A DNA stretch of 64,000 nt from Candidatus Bathyarchaeota archaeon (GTDB taxonomy: Archaea; Thermoproteota; Bathyarchaeia; Bathyarchaeales; Bathycorpusculaceae). The first letter of the stretch is position 1. Every line of letters begins with the position of its first letter. The stretch spans positions 64,001 to 128,000 of the forward strand of contig CAWHDT010000005.1 of NCBI GenBank assembly GCA_963828195.1. The letters run 5' to 3'. The notes below the pieces were generated by a model. That model was not told where the DNA came from, ran no database searches, and saw only the letters and a program-made list of their open reading frames with translations. This document shows positions 49,725 through 59,538 of the stretch, piece after piece. The position numbers and the translations under genes were made by a program.

Positions 49725-52298
49725 ATGCCAAGATCATTTTTCGACTCATTAAACCACCTAATCCAAAAGCGTTATCGATGGGTTATCGTCGCATGGGTGA
49801 TTGCGGTGGTGCTTTCGCTTGCTCTTATCCCAAGCTTCTTCTCATCGGTCAACTATAACCTAACTGGCGGGTTCGGAGGGCCGTCGAACGCCATGTCGGC
49901 TAAAGCAGCCAACATAGTGCAGGCTCAGTTTCCAAGCTCTAACGCCAGCGACAATAGCATCCTTGTTGTCATCCAGAACGCTTCTGTGTATTCCGATTCT
50001 CTGCGGCAGAGCGTGCTTGAACTAAACCAAACATTATACAACGACCCCAACGTCGGAAATTACACGGGGGAACAAAGCCTCTATTCGTTAGAAGAGAGCC
50101 TTCTTGACGAGTCTTTGCCAGCTCTGGTTAGTCAGGCGGCAAGCCTTCAATCAAGCTTGATCACAACTAACACTAGCAACGTGCAAGCATGGAATCAAGC
50201 CTGCAGCATTATTTCAACCGCCACCGAAAACACCTTTACCGATTCTCCGCTCTTCACAATAAACACTGCTTCCTTAACCAGCTTACTTTCAAGCCTTTCG
50301 CCTAACGCAACAACCGCCGACATAAACCAAGCGATTGACAACGTGATTAAAACTCAATCAGCTACAAATTACCCGTACGCTGCTTCGACGGCGTTAACAG
50401 GTAACTTCGTTAACTCACAGAACAACACCATGCTTGTAGTTTTCACTTTCTCATCAAACCCAATCGACGGCACCATCTCTCATGTGCAGTCTGATGTGGA
50501 TAACTCGGGGCTGCAAAACTACGGAACAATTTATGTGACAGGGAACTCGGTGTTAACAGAAGACATGGGAAAAGCGTTCTTGCCTGCCCTAGAAATTACC
50601 ATTGGACCTGGAATTGCAATATCGCTTCTGATTGTTGGCTTGCTCTTTTTGGCGCCGTTAGCTGCTTTGATTCCTGTGCTGCTTGGAGGGGTTTCAATTT
50701 CAGTTGCACTTGCATCCATCTACTTTGGCGTTGTAGAGGTTGGCAAAGGAACATTAACTTTCCTCACGCCCACGTTGACTATTCTGCTTATGCTCGGGTT
50801 AGCTGTGGACTACGCGGTGCTGCAGCTTAGACGCACAAGAGAAGAGCGGCAAAAAGGAAAAACAATCGAGGAAAGTGTAGCTGTTTCCATTAAGTGGGCT
50901 GGTCAAGCCGTATTAACCGCAGGCATAACCGTTATTGTCGCATACATCGTCATGGCAGTTGCTAACGTGCCCCTCTTCAGCGACGTGGGAACAGCCATAG
51001 CGCTTGGAGTTGCAATTTTGCTGACGGCTTCTCTTACCTTATTGCCTGCTCTTGAGATTGCGTTAGGTGACAGGATTTTTTGGCCAGGAATAAATAGGCA
51101 AGGCAAAGCGAAGGCTGATCCTAACCAGAACAGGTTAAGGCGCTTCGCACGTAGCACTCTTAAACATAAAGTGCCCGTAGTAATCATAATTAGTTTAGTG
51201 GCTTTAAGCGCCTTCGCCGTAGTCTACATTACCCCTACCGGAGAGGATTTTCTAAAGCTTATCCCCAACTTCCAAAGCAATCAAGGGCTCACTGTTATTT
51301 CAAACAGTTTTGGAAGCGGAACATTGAGTCCAACCTCCATCGTTGTCACAACTTCCACACCGATAACTTACGGAAACAACCAGTTTAACGAGACTTTGTT
51401 GAACCAGATAGAGCAAATTACAGCTTCCGCTGCAGATTCTAAGGGAGTTACCAGCGTTTCTGGACCAACTAGACCCTACGGAGACGTATTCAACTACTCT
51501 AACTTGGAAAATATGGCTCAGCCAATCCAAATACAATACGAAAGTCAGATGCTTTCAACAATTGGAAAAGATAATCAGACTGCAGTAATTACAGTGAACC
51601 TTTCGAATTCATCAGAGAGCCCAGCTGCCATCAACGCATTACATGGGGTCGAAAAGAACATCAACCAACTGTCTCTTGTAAACGGCGTTAAAGTTTACTT
51701 TGGAGGCGAAACGCAGTCAGTAGCTGACAGCGAAGCCTTTATGGGAAGTTTGGTTCCGGAAGTTGTGTTGATTTTGGCAGCCGCGGTTTACGTGATTTTG
51801 TTTCTGCAGCTCCGTTCAGCCTTCACTCCAATACGCTTGATTGTTACGATACTTTGCAGCGTTGTCTTCTCTTTAACACTCATCTCGATCATATTCTACT
51901 ACGCTCTTAACCTGCCTATTCTGGATTTTGCGCCGCTGTTCGTAGTTGTAACAATGCTTGGAGTCGGAATCGACTACGACATATTCTTCATAACGCGCAT
52001 CCGCGAAGAAGTCCTCAGCGGCAAAAGCGACAACGAAGCAATAGTGACCGCCGTCGAGAAAGTTTGGGTCACCATCCTTGGACTCGGACTGGTACTCGCC
52101 ACAGTTTTCGCATCACTAATAATAACTAACATCGCTATCCTCCAAGAAATCGCCCTTGCAGTCGCCGGCGCCATAATGATAGACGTAACCATCGTTATTC
52201 TGCTCTTCGTACCATCGCTTATGGGTCTGGCGCAAAAACTCAACTGGTGGCCCTACAAGCTCTCCAGAAACAAAAAGCCCGAAAACAACAGCAGCTAA
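49725..52298 (+). CDS. MMPL/RND family transporter
   Basis: GLAVDYA...RTREE and GVGIDYDIFFITRIREE repeats. Confidence 0.92.
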   Translation: MPRSFFDSLNHLIQKRYRWVIVAWVIAVVLSLALIPSFFSSVNYNLTGGFGGPSNAMSAKAANIVQAQFPSSNASDNSILVVIQNASVYSDSLRQSVLELNQTLYNDPNVGNYTGEQSLYSLEESLLDESLPALVSQAASLQSSLITTNTSNVQAWNQACSIISTATENTFTDSPLFTINTASLTSLLSSLSPNATTADINQAIDNVIKTQSATNYPYAASTALTGNFVNSQNNTMLVVFTFSSNPIDGTISHVQSDVDNSGLQNYGTIYVTGNSVLTEDMGKAFLPALEITIGPGIAISLLIVGLLFLAPLAALIPVLLGGVSISVALASIYFGVVEVGKGTLTFLTPTLTILLMLGLAVDYAVLQLRRTREERQKGKTIEESVAVSIKWAGQAVLTAGITVIVAYIVMAVANVPLFSDVGTAIALGVAILLTASLTLLPALEIALGDRIFWPGINRQGKAKADPNQNRLRRFARSTLKHKVPVVIIISLVALSAFAVVYITPTGEDFLKLIPNFQSNQGLTVISNSFGSGTLSPTSIVVTTSTPITYGNNQFNETLLNQIEQITASAADSKGVTSVSGPTRPYGDVFNYSNLENMAQPIQIQYESQMLSTIGKDNQTAVITVNLSNSSESPAAINALHGVEKNINQLSLVNGVKVYFGGETQSVADSEAFMGSLVPEVVLILAAAVYVILFLQLRSAFTPIRLIVTILCSVVFSLTLISIIFYYALNLPILDFAPLFVVVTMLGVGIDYDIFFITRIREEVLSGKSDNEAIVTAVEKVWVTILGLGLVLATVFASLIITNIAILQEIALAVAGAIMIDVTIVILLFVPSLMGLAQKLNWWPYKLSRNKKPENNSS

Positions 52299-52322
52299 GC
52301 AAACCTAAGCAGAAAAAGCCGT

Positions 52323-52928
52323 TCAACCTTTGCAGCTGGCCGAGTTTTTATCGCCTTTCGGCATCACTATTCCATCGCCAGGCGCTCCATAAGTCACAGC
52401 TTTTCCCTCCAACAACAGTTTACCAACATATGCACATGTTACCGCATCAAGCTCATGATCACTCATTTGATTATCGAGACCCTTTATGCCTAAATTTTCT
52501 AAGCCAAATTTCAGTTTTTCAAGCCCCCTCTGTTTTCGCGGGATGCCTAGAACATCTTGGGCGCCTCCCGGGTAAGCTTCAATGACAAGGAAGTTTTCTG
52601 CTTCAAGAATATGCCTTAAGTTTATTCCACGCATGGTTAGTTTTCTCATAGGACCCAGAGTTACGGGAAAGAATCTTATCCGCCTTTTCAAAAGTTCCCG
52701 ATCGCACGCTCTTAAATGGACACCTGTTCTCTCCTCAAGCGTCACTCTGCCAGGCGGCAAGCTCAACGGCGCATCAATGGCAACGACGTCAGGCTTACGT
52801 TCTTTGATTTTCAACAGGATTTCTTCGTCCGCATAAACCAAAAAAGTCACTGCATCCATCTCCTCAAGGACACAGAAACCTGTAGGCCTGCTTTCAACGC
52901 CAGCCAAATCTAAACCAATTATCACCAT
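52323..52928 (-). CDS. DUF429 family (RNase H-like) protein
   Basis: IGLDLAG, AIDAPL, IEAYP, HELDA. Confidence 0.85.
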   Translation of the reverse strand: MVIIGLDLAGVESRPTGFCVLEEMDAVTFLVYADEEILLKIKERKPDVVAIDAPLSLPPGRVTLEERTGVHLRACDRELLKRRIRFFPVTLGPMRKLTMRGINLRHILEAENFLVIEAYPGGAQDVLGIPRKQRGLEKLKFGLENLGIKGLDNQMSDHELDAVTCAYVGKLLLEGKAVTYGAPGDGIVMPKGDKNSASCKG

Positions 52929-53171
52929 TTGCTTTCACCAAACCCATAGATTAATACTAAATAATTCTTCCACACAAAAGTGTACCTCAAGATTCCGAAG
53001 CGAGTACAAGTTTAAACCCCGAAAATGTGGCTTCATTTAGTTTACCTGCTTAATCATAATCGTATTTTTTGATCAGTTTATGGCTTTAGAAGCCCTTTTT
53101 TGCCCCTTTAACAAGCGAATGATAGAAAACGTTTTATGTACATACATATAACATGACCATCAGGGATAATC

Positions 53172-53336
53172 ATGGCAAAATGCCCAACCTGTGGAAAAGA
53201 AGTAAAAACAGCAAAGAAAACCTGGAAGATGGCAGGCAAACCTGACAAGAAAGGAAAAAGAACCCAACTCACCATTGCACTCTACGAGTGCTGCGATAAG
53301 ACTTTCCGCGAAGTCCTTGACAAGAAAAAAATCTAA
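53172..53336 (+). CDS. Cren7-like small chromatin protein with Cys ligands, not in ORF track
   Basis: MAKCPTCGKEVKTAKKTWKMAGKPDKKGKRTQLTIALYECCDKTFREVLDKKKI; T-rich terminator follows. Confidence 0.7.
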   Translation: MAKCPTCGKEVKTAKKTWKMAGKPDKKGKRTQLTIALYECCDKTFREVLDKKKI

Positions 53337-53447
53337 ACTGCGCTTCCAACTTTCCTTTTTCTTTTTTTCATTTTTTTACCGGTCAATTGTGACTGACAGT
53401 ACGCTACAACAAATGTTTAATTGCTTGAATAGCAGCCAATCCATTGG

Positions 53448-53786
53448 ATGAAGCAAGCAATGGCTTTTTACAAGAAACGAGACCACACCGAAGTCATCGC
53501 GGAAATACTTGGTTTGAGCAAAAGCCCTCAAACTAAAACCTATATTAGACGCAAAACAAGCATTTCGTGCGCCATGCTTCAAAATTGTTTCACGGAACTA
53601 CTACAAAGACAGTGGTTAACGCTTGTGCAAAATGACGGTGGACAAAAAAAATTCAGAACAACGGAAAAAGGATTTTTGTTTTTAGAAAAATATTGGCAAC
53701 TTCAAACTCTCATGGGAATAAAAAGCAGGCAAATGCCAGTGTTAGTTGTTCCTGAGCTTCGCAAAGTGTTGGCTAAATCGATTTAA
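53448..53786 (+). CDS. winged HTH protein (HTH_45-like)
   Basis: KRDHTEVIAEIL...KTYI...FRTTEKG..FL. Confidence 0.75.
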   Translation: MKQAMAFYKKRDHTEVIAEILGLSKSPQTKTYIRRKTSISCAMLQNCFTELLQRQWLTLVQNDGGQKKFRTTEKGFLFLEKYWQLQTLMGIKSRQMPVLVVPELRKVLAKSI

Positions 53787-53794
53787 AGAAACAT

Positions 53795-54484
53795 TCAACA
53801 TAAGGGCTTATTCTGTTTGCCGATTAAAGTGCAAACTGTTTCTCGCCCAGCTAAAATGGACGCAACCCGCTCAGGATAAAGCCCATTAACAACGTAACAT
53901 TCAATCTGCAACTGTAAAAGTAGTTTAGGCAAAAACTTGTCCACGCTGGTCCGCGTTTCCATCTTAAGAAGGTCTTCAGAGGATATTTTGCTAAGTAATT
54001 TTGCACCAGAAAATTTATTTGGGTCACACGTATAAACACCGTTTACGTCAGTCGCCAAAATAACTTTGTCTGCATGCACCTCACTTGCAATGTAAGCAGC
54101 AATAGAGTCAGAAGTTACATCCCAAGAGTTCTCCAGCGGGTCCCGGCTAAGCAAAAAATTAGACGGCAAAAAAACGGGCAATTTACCCAGATCCAAAATT
54201 TTTTGCGCATCGTCTAGCTCATCTATTGCGCAAGAATGCGGCACCAAATCAGACAGAAGTAAACCGTATTGATCCATTCCTAAAATTGCCATTCTGTGAG
54301 ATACCGCATCTGACAGGCTAAAACGATTATCCAAATTCTTTACCGTATCGGCAAATTCGCCGCCTCCCGGCACCACTATTACCCTATGCGTCTGGGAGGC
54401 TTCACTTAACTTTGCACAGAGGTTTCTTAGTTCTTTCGGGTGCGAGGCTAAGCTGCCTCCGACTTTGACTACTGTCAGGTCCAT
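53795..54484 (-). CDS. mfnE: [5-(aminomethyl)furan-3-yl]methyl phosphate kinase
   Basis: VVKVGGSL, VPGGGEFAD, SWDVTSDSIA; amino-acid-kinase fold within mfn cluster. Confidence 0.82.
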   Translation of the reverse strand: MDLTVVKVGGSLASHPKELRNLCAKLSEASQTHRVIVVPGGGEFADTVKNLDNRFSLSDAVSHRMAILGMDQYGLLLSDLVPHSCAIDELDDAQKILDLGKLPVFLPSNFLLSRDPLENSWDVTSDSIAAYIASEVHADKVILATDVNGVYTCDPNKFSGAKLLSKISSEDLLKMETRTSVDKFLPKLLLQLQIECYVVNGLYPERVASILAGRETVCTLIGKQNKPLC

Positions 54485-55542
54485 TTCGTGTTTTCTCCGT
54501 CAAGTTTATTGGCTGTCATCAGAGCTACAGCGAAGGCAGGAGTTGCAACCACAACGCCAGTCGGAACAAACGTTCCCAAATCGACTATAGAGTTGGCGCC
54601 GATTTTTTCAGCGGCTTTCCTTGCGATGAAGTCTTTGCCAAGCCCCGTAACCACCACTGGAACCTCGTTTGACGCCAATTTTTTTGTGTAAGAGTAAACT
54701 TTGCTTAAGCCTTCAGCAACCTGCAGGACCTGCTGATCGCAGATGTACTTAGCTATGCTGATGATTTCTTGTTGAGTCAACATTTCCGTGTCAGCGCAAA
54801 CCACCCTTGCTAACCTCGCAAAGGTTTCAGGCAAACTTTTTCCCCGTCCATCAGCCGTTTCACAAGTGTATTGCACCGGATTGATGTTGCCTAAAGCTAA
54901 GTGTACATCGCCAGATAACGCGAACAACTCAGAAGCGACACCCGCAACCCCGTTTTTAACAGGGACAGAATGCACGATTGCCGCCACATTGGTCCTTAAG
55001 CTTCCAGTGTAAACAAGTTCTCCGCAAATGAGCTTATCCAAATCCGTTTTACCCCTCGCCGCAACTTGCCCGTTGACTATGGGAATTATGCTTGCGCTTG
55101 TGCTTCCGACGTCAACGACCACGCAATCTTTAACCCGCTGCGCTACTAACCAGCCAGTTGCAGCCCAATTAGCCGCCGCGACGCCAAGCGGTTCATCTTC
55201 AGCTGCAGCCAGAGGCGCCAGTTTTGCGTCAGTGTTCAAGACGTAAATTGGCACTGAGGGAAAAGCTTTCTTTAGACAGCCTAAAATATGGAGGACCCCT
55301 TCACGTTTGGTTGCGTAAACATCAGACAGTTCAGCGGTCATTGTTACGCCTATACCATCAAGCCTTTCGATGCCTAACCGTTCCTTAAGTGCGAGGAAGA
55401 CGCTGCTGAGTTTTTCTGGTTCTTTCCATACGGGGAAGTACTTCACTGCCACTTGGTGCTGTTGCAGCTTGCCTTTTTGCGTTTGAACAAAGACGGCTTT
55501 AGTGTTTGCCCCGCCAACATCGTAGCCCAACACGTTTACCAA
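54475..55542 (-). CDS. mfnF: methanofuran synthesis hydantoinase/oxoprolinase-family enzyme
   Basis: GYDVGGANTK, TMTAELSD, AAANW, DVGST, ELVYTG.LRT, TADGR. Confidence 0.85.
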   Translation of the reverse strand: MVNVLGYDVGGANTKAVFVQTQKGKLQQHQVAVKYFPVWKEPEKLSSVFLALKERLGIERLDGIGVTMTAELSDVYATKREGVLHILGCLKKAFPSVPIYVLNTDAKLAPLAAAEDEPLGVAAANWAATGWLVAQRVKDCVVVDVGSTSASIIPIVNGQVAARGKTDLDKLICGELVYTGSLRTNVAAIVHSVPVKNGVAGVASELFALSGDVHLALGNINPVQYTCETADGRGKSLPETFARLARVVCADTEMLTQQEIISIAKYICDQQVLQVAEGLSKVYSYTKKLASNEVPVVVTGLGKDFIARKAAEKIGANSIVDLGTFVPTGVVVATPAFAVALMTANKLDGENTKWT

Positions 55543-55543
55543 G

Positions 55544-56773
55544 CTACATTCCTCCGCTGATAATGGTGAGCAGACGCTTTTTAGCTTCTTCTAACCGTAA
55601 CTGGGCATCTTCCAAAGATTCGCCTTTACCGTAAACGAGCGAGCACGTTTCATCATTATTTCCCATTGGAAAAGGCGGTGAAACCACTTCTTTTGATTGA
55701 GCGGCTTTTTGAAAAGCGTCAAGTGTCGGCTTGGGGGTTTCCACTTTTGAGAAGCAAACAAAACCCTTAGTTTCTTTTCCAGTTGGAAGCTTACCCTTCA
55801 CAACCGCGTTAACCATTTCCTCGGCAACGTTGAAGGCGGCAACTCTGCATAAGCCAACGTAAGAAGTTGTTAACCGCGGATTGACATCAACTACAAACGC
55901 TTTATCTTCCGCCAAAATCAAATCAACACCCACATAACCCCTTAGACCAGCAAAAGACTCAACAACCTTCTCTGCCACACTGAAGGCTTCCTGCTTTAGC
56001 GGATGGTCAAATGGGACAGCGCCGCCTTCATAGCTTGAATCAGCCTCTGGAGCGGCAAACATGATGTTTTGTTTATTCAAGCTAATTGCCGACGCTTTGC
56101 CGCCTGCAGAAAGAACGCTTACGCTTGCAGCTTCGCCGTCAATAAATTCTTGGACTAAAAAATGGTTCCCTGATTTAACCTTTAATTTTGCAATTGCCTT
56201 CTCAACCTGTGCGGTTTCTTTAACGATGCTTAAGCCGCCGCAGCTGACGCCCACCGTGGGCTTGAAAACTATTGGATAACTAAATTTTTTGGTGATTTCA
56301 TTTTTAGTTTCTGCTAACGCCTCGCCGACCTTGAGCACGATGGTTTTGGGAGTGTTTAAACTGTTGTTTTTTAACGTCTCATGCAGAATTCCCTTATCCG
56401 CGACTTTTTTAATGGCATGGGCTTCGCAGTTAAGAGAAACCTTACCTGTGTGCTCCACAAGTTCAACAAGCGACTGCAGGGTTTGCCCCGTTTCAGGAGC
56501 AATGACGTAAACAGCGTCGTTAATTTTGGCGGCGTTAACGAGAAGTCTTTCGGCTTCATGGCGATAGAAAACTGGTACCGTGCAGTCAGCTTCTACTGGG
56601 GGATTCAGTTTTGAAAGCCTGCCATCGAGCAAAACGGTTACCGCGTTGCCTGCGCACTTAAAATCGGAAGCAATTGACCGTAGCATTGCGAAGCCTTCAG
56701 ATAAAACGCTTGGCGGAATAGGTTGCCCTGCGTATCCGCCGCCTGAAACGTGCTCGTAAACTAAAAGCCTCAA
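55544..56773 (-). CDS. mfnD: tyramine--L-glutamate ligase (ATP-grasp)
   Basis: YEHVSGG..SEGFAML, IAPE, QEFIDG, GYVGVD, NPRLTTSY. Confidence 0.82.
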   Translation of the reverse strand: MRLLVYEHVSGGGYAGQPIPPSVLSEGFAMLRSIASDFKCAGNAVTVLLDGRLSKLNPPVEADCTVPVFYRHEAERLLVNAAKINDAVYVIAPETGQTLQSLVELVEHTGKVSLNCEAHAIKKVADKGILHETLKNNSLNTPKTIVLKVGEALAETKNEITKKFSYPIVFKPTVGVSCGGLSIVKETAQVEKAIAKLKVKSGNHFLVQEFIDGEAASVSVLSAGGKASAISLNKQNIMFAAPEADSSYEGGAVPFDHPLKQEAFSVAEKVVESFAGLRGYVGVDLILAEDKAFVVDVNPRLTTSYVGLCRVAAFNVAEEMVNAVVKGKLPTGKETKGFVCFSKVETPKPTLDAFQKAAQSKEVVSPPFPMGNNDETCSLVYGKGESLEDAQLRLEEAKKRLLTIISGGM

Positions 56774-56813
56774 AGCAAACCTCCGTCAGAGTCGATGGAA
56801 ACCCACAGTAGCC

Positions 56814-57953
56814 TTAAAGCTTTTCTATTTCCGCTAGATCTTTCAAAAAAGCTTCTACGTGCTTCTTTTTAACGTGAGGCATCACGATGATTCTGATGCA
56901 GTCGTAGCGTGGCACGTAAGCCACAAACCAGTCGCCTCTCCAAAGCTTCTCAGCTAAACTCCTCGTTCCCTTATCACTTCGAAAAGCTACAATGTTAAGT
57001 GTCGGCTCCACAACAAGTTTGAAACCAGCACCGCTTAGCCCATCAGCAAGCAATCTGGTAGTTTTCATGCAGTCTCCCACCACTTTTTTGAACCCGTCCA
57101 CTCCGAGAACCCTGAAAACTGCCCACGCTGAAGCTGCAGCGGCGCCTGACCGCGTTCCGACAAACGTGAACTGGTACGGGTCGGTTAAGTAAGGCGTTTC
57201 CGTTTTGATAAGATCCAGGGCTTTGCCGTCTCTGAAAATGATTCCGCCAGCGGGGATTGCCGCCATACCCATTTTGTGCGGGTCAACCGTCATAGACTTC
57301 ACCGCGTCTAAAGCGAAATCAAATTTACAGTTTGCGTTTTTGAGAAACGGAATAACTAATCCACCGAAAGCTGCGTCAACATGCAACCAAACATTATGCT
57401 CCAAAGCAATTCTGGATAGCTCCTCGATTGGGTCGACTGCGCCCAACTCCGATGTTCCAGCGGTCCCAACGATGGCGACTGTGTTTTCGCTGACGCATTT
57501 TTCAACCGACGAAGGGTCAACCCTAAATGAGCCGTCTAAACCCGCATAGACTGGCTTGAGATTCAGCAGGTTGCAGATTTTGGTGAAAGAGAAATGGGCG
57601 GATTCTGGCAACACAACCTCAGGCTGGCGGATTTGCGTCATGTTTCTTGCGGCTAAAAGCGCCATCAAATTTGCTTCTGTCCCGCCCGAAACCACGAAGC
57701 CAACGCCGTTTTGCCCATGCAGAAGCGCCGATAGCTGATTTACAACTTCTTTTTCAAGGCGTGCGGTTCCTGGAAAGAGAGCTTTGTCCCCCAGATTGGA
57801 GCTTAAAAATAGTCGATAAGCCTTTTCGGCTATAGGATGGGGTTTTGTGCACATTGAACACAAAATCTTGCCGTCTTCATACCGCGGGTCCTCGGCGCGG
57901 GTTGCTTTAAGTTCAGCCAACACTTTTTTCCCGCTTGACCCGCTGGATTGCAA
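56814..57953 (-). CDS. mfnA: L-tyrosine/L-aspartate decarboxylase
   Basis: SMCT.PH, NLGD, SGGTEAN, HVDAAFGG, DPHKMG, GTRSG. Confidence 0.92.
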   Translation of the reverse strand: MQSSGSSGKKVLAELKATRAEDPRYEDGKILCSMCTKPHPIAEKAYRLFLSSNLGDKALFPGTARLEKEVVNQLSALLHGQNGVGFVVSGGTEANLMALLAARNMTQIRQPEVVLPESAHFSFTKICNLLNLKPVYAGLDGSFRVDPSSVEKCVSENTVAIVGTAGTSELGAVDPIEELSRIALEHNVWLHVDAAFGGLVIPFLKNANCKFDFALDAVKSMTVDPHKMGMAAIPAGGIIFRDGKALDLIKTETPYLTDPYQFTFVGTRSGAAAASAWAVFRVLGVDGFKKVVGDCMKTTRLLADGLSGAGFKLVVEPTLNIVAFRSDKGTRSLAEKLWRGDWFVAYVPRYDCIRIIVMPHVKKKHVEAFLKDLAEIEKL

Positions 57954-57955
57954 AG

Positions 57956-58696
57956 TTAAATCCTCTTTGTGTTAGCTTGTTTTTCAGCTTGCTTAACGGT
58001 TTCAACAAGTTCCGCCACCAGCTTCTTGGTAATTTTGCCGCCTACTCTGTCGCTGTTTGTGCAGGCTGCTCCACGTAGACCCGCCACATCCGCGCCTAAA
58101 CCGTACACCACGGATAAATCCTGTTTTCTCAGCGAACCAGCCAGCGCCGCTTCCAAGCCAAGTTTATGGGCGGAACCGATGAATTTTTCAAGTTGCTGGG
58201 TGGACAAGAAGTTGAAGAGGTTTTTGCCGTCTTTCACGGCTGTATCAACCATTGCAAGGTCCACCTTAGCCAACGAAGCTATTTCTGGAATAAGCATAGG
58301 GTCTAATGCGCCAACTCTTTCTGCGTCCGCGTAGCCTGCGGCTGCCACTTTGATTTTAGGGTTGATTTCTTTGGCTGCCCTGTTGACGTTCTGCAACAGA
58401 AAAACGGCTTCTTTGGGCGTTTTGAACCCGTAAAGACCCACTTTAATGTAGTCAACACCCAGTGACGCTGCGCCAAACGCAGCCAACGCTATTGACCCTG
58501 GAAGGTTCGGAACATCGCCAAGTGCGCAGCTTACCTGGATGTTTCTCGGAGTGATTTCCCGTATCCGCTTGATAACCCACGGGAAATTTGCTCCTAACGC
58601 GCCCTCCTGAGGGTTCTTGACATCTATTATGTCGGCGCCGCCGGCGATGGCTTCACAGGCTTCTTTCTCGTTCATGGGGCTTATGAGTAGCTTCAA
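57956..58696 (-). CDS. mfnB: (5-formylfuran-3-yl)methyl phosphate synthase
   Basis: LLISP, GADIIDVKNP.EG.LGANFPW, DYIKVG, DTAVKDG, ALAGS. Confidence 0.93.
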   Translation of the reverse strand: MKLLISPMNEKEACEAIAGGADIIDVKNPQEGALGANFPWVIKRIREITPRNIQVSCALGDVPNLPGSIALAAFGAASLGVDYIKVGLYGFKTPKEAVFLLQNVNRAAKEINPKIKVAAAGYADAERVGALDPMLIPEIASLAKVDLAMVDTAVKDGKNLFNFLSTQQLEKFIGSAHKLGLEAALAGSLRKQDLSVVYGLGADVAGLRGAACTNSDRVGGKITKKLVAELVETVKQAEKQANTKRI

Positions 58697-58770
58697 GTAG
58701 CATCCTTATTGATGCGCATTGACGCTGCCTTTAAAAGTTTTGCTGAAAAACGGTTAGGTTTTTCTATTCG

Positions 58771-59532
58771 TTGAGAATCAATTCAAAGGTGGCTGGGAAC
58801 TTGAAGGTTATACCTGTAATTGACATTTTAAACGGCAAAGCTATCCACGCAGTAAGAGGAAGAAGGCAGGAGTACCAGCCGCTCAAAAGCGTTTTGTGCA
58901 AGTCATTTGAGCCGTTAGAGGTTGCCAGAGCATTCAAAGCCCTCGGATTCAGCGATCTCTATATCGCAGATTTAGATGCAATCCAAGGAGGCACCGTGAA
59001 TCTTCAGGTTTTCAGACGCATCACAGAAGAGACTGGGTTCCGCTTGATGGTTGATGATGGAGTTTCTGACCTTAAAGGAGCACAGAAGCTCCTCGACAGC
59101 GGGGTTTCCAAAGTTGTAATCGGCACGGAAACGCTTCAAAATAAAAATTTTGTCGGGGAAGCGGTCAGGCTTTTTGGAAGCGAACAGGTGGTTGTTAGCT
59201 TGGACTTGAAAGGCGGGGCAGTTCTTGTTAGATCGGGTTTTAACGGCAACGGGGAACCGATGCGTCTCCTCCGTGATTTCGAGGAAATGGGCGTTGCCGA
59301 AGTCATTGTGTTGGATTTGGCGCGCGTAGGCAGCGAAGAAGGCGTTGATACTGACTTTTTGAAGCTGGTGTTTGAGGAGACATCAATGGGGGTTTTTGTG
59401 GGCGGTGGAGTTAGAGACGTAAAAGATTTAATTGAATTGAAAAGGTTAGGCGTTTCTGGAGTTTTGGTGGCGACGGCTCTGCATTCGGGCAAAATTTCAA
59501 TTGAAGAACTAAAAAAGGCTAAATTGCTTTAA
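58771..59532 (+). CDS. HisA/HisF-related TIM-barrel protein (C1-cofactor associated)
   Basis: IPVIDI..G.A.HAVRG.R..YQP, LYIADLDAI, LDLARVGS, GGGVR. Confidence 0.85.
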   Translation: MRINSKVAGNLKVIPVIDILNGKAIHAVRGRRQEYQPLKSVLCKSFEPLEVARAFKALGFSDLYIADLDAIQGGTVNLQVFRRITEETGFRLMVDDGVSDLKGAQKLLDSGVSKVVIGTETLQNKNFVGEAVRLFGSEQVVVSLDLKGGAVLVRSGFNGNGEPMRLLRDFEEMGVAEVIVLDLARVGSEEGVDTDFLKLVFEETSMGVFVGGGVRDVKDLIELKRLGVSGVLVATALHSGKISIEELKKAKLL

Positions 59533-59538
59533 GCCGCG

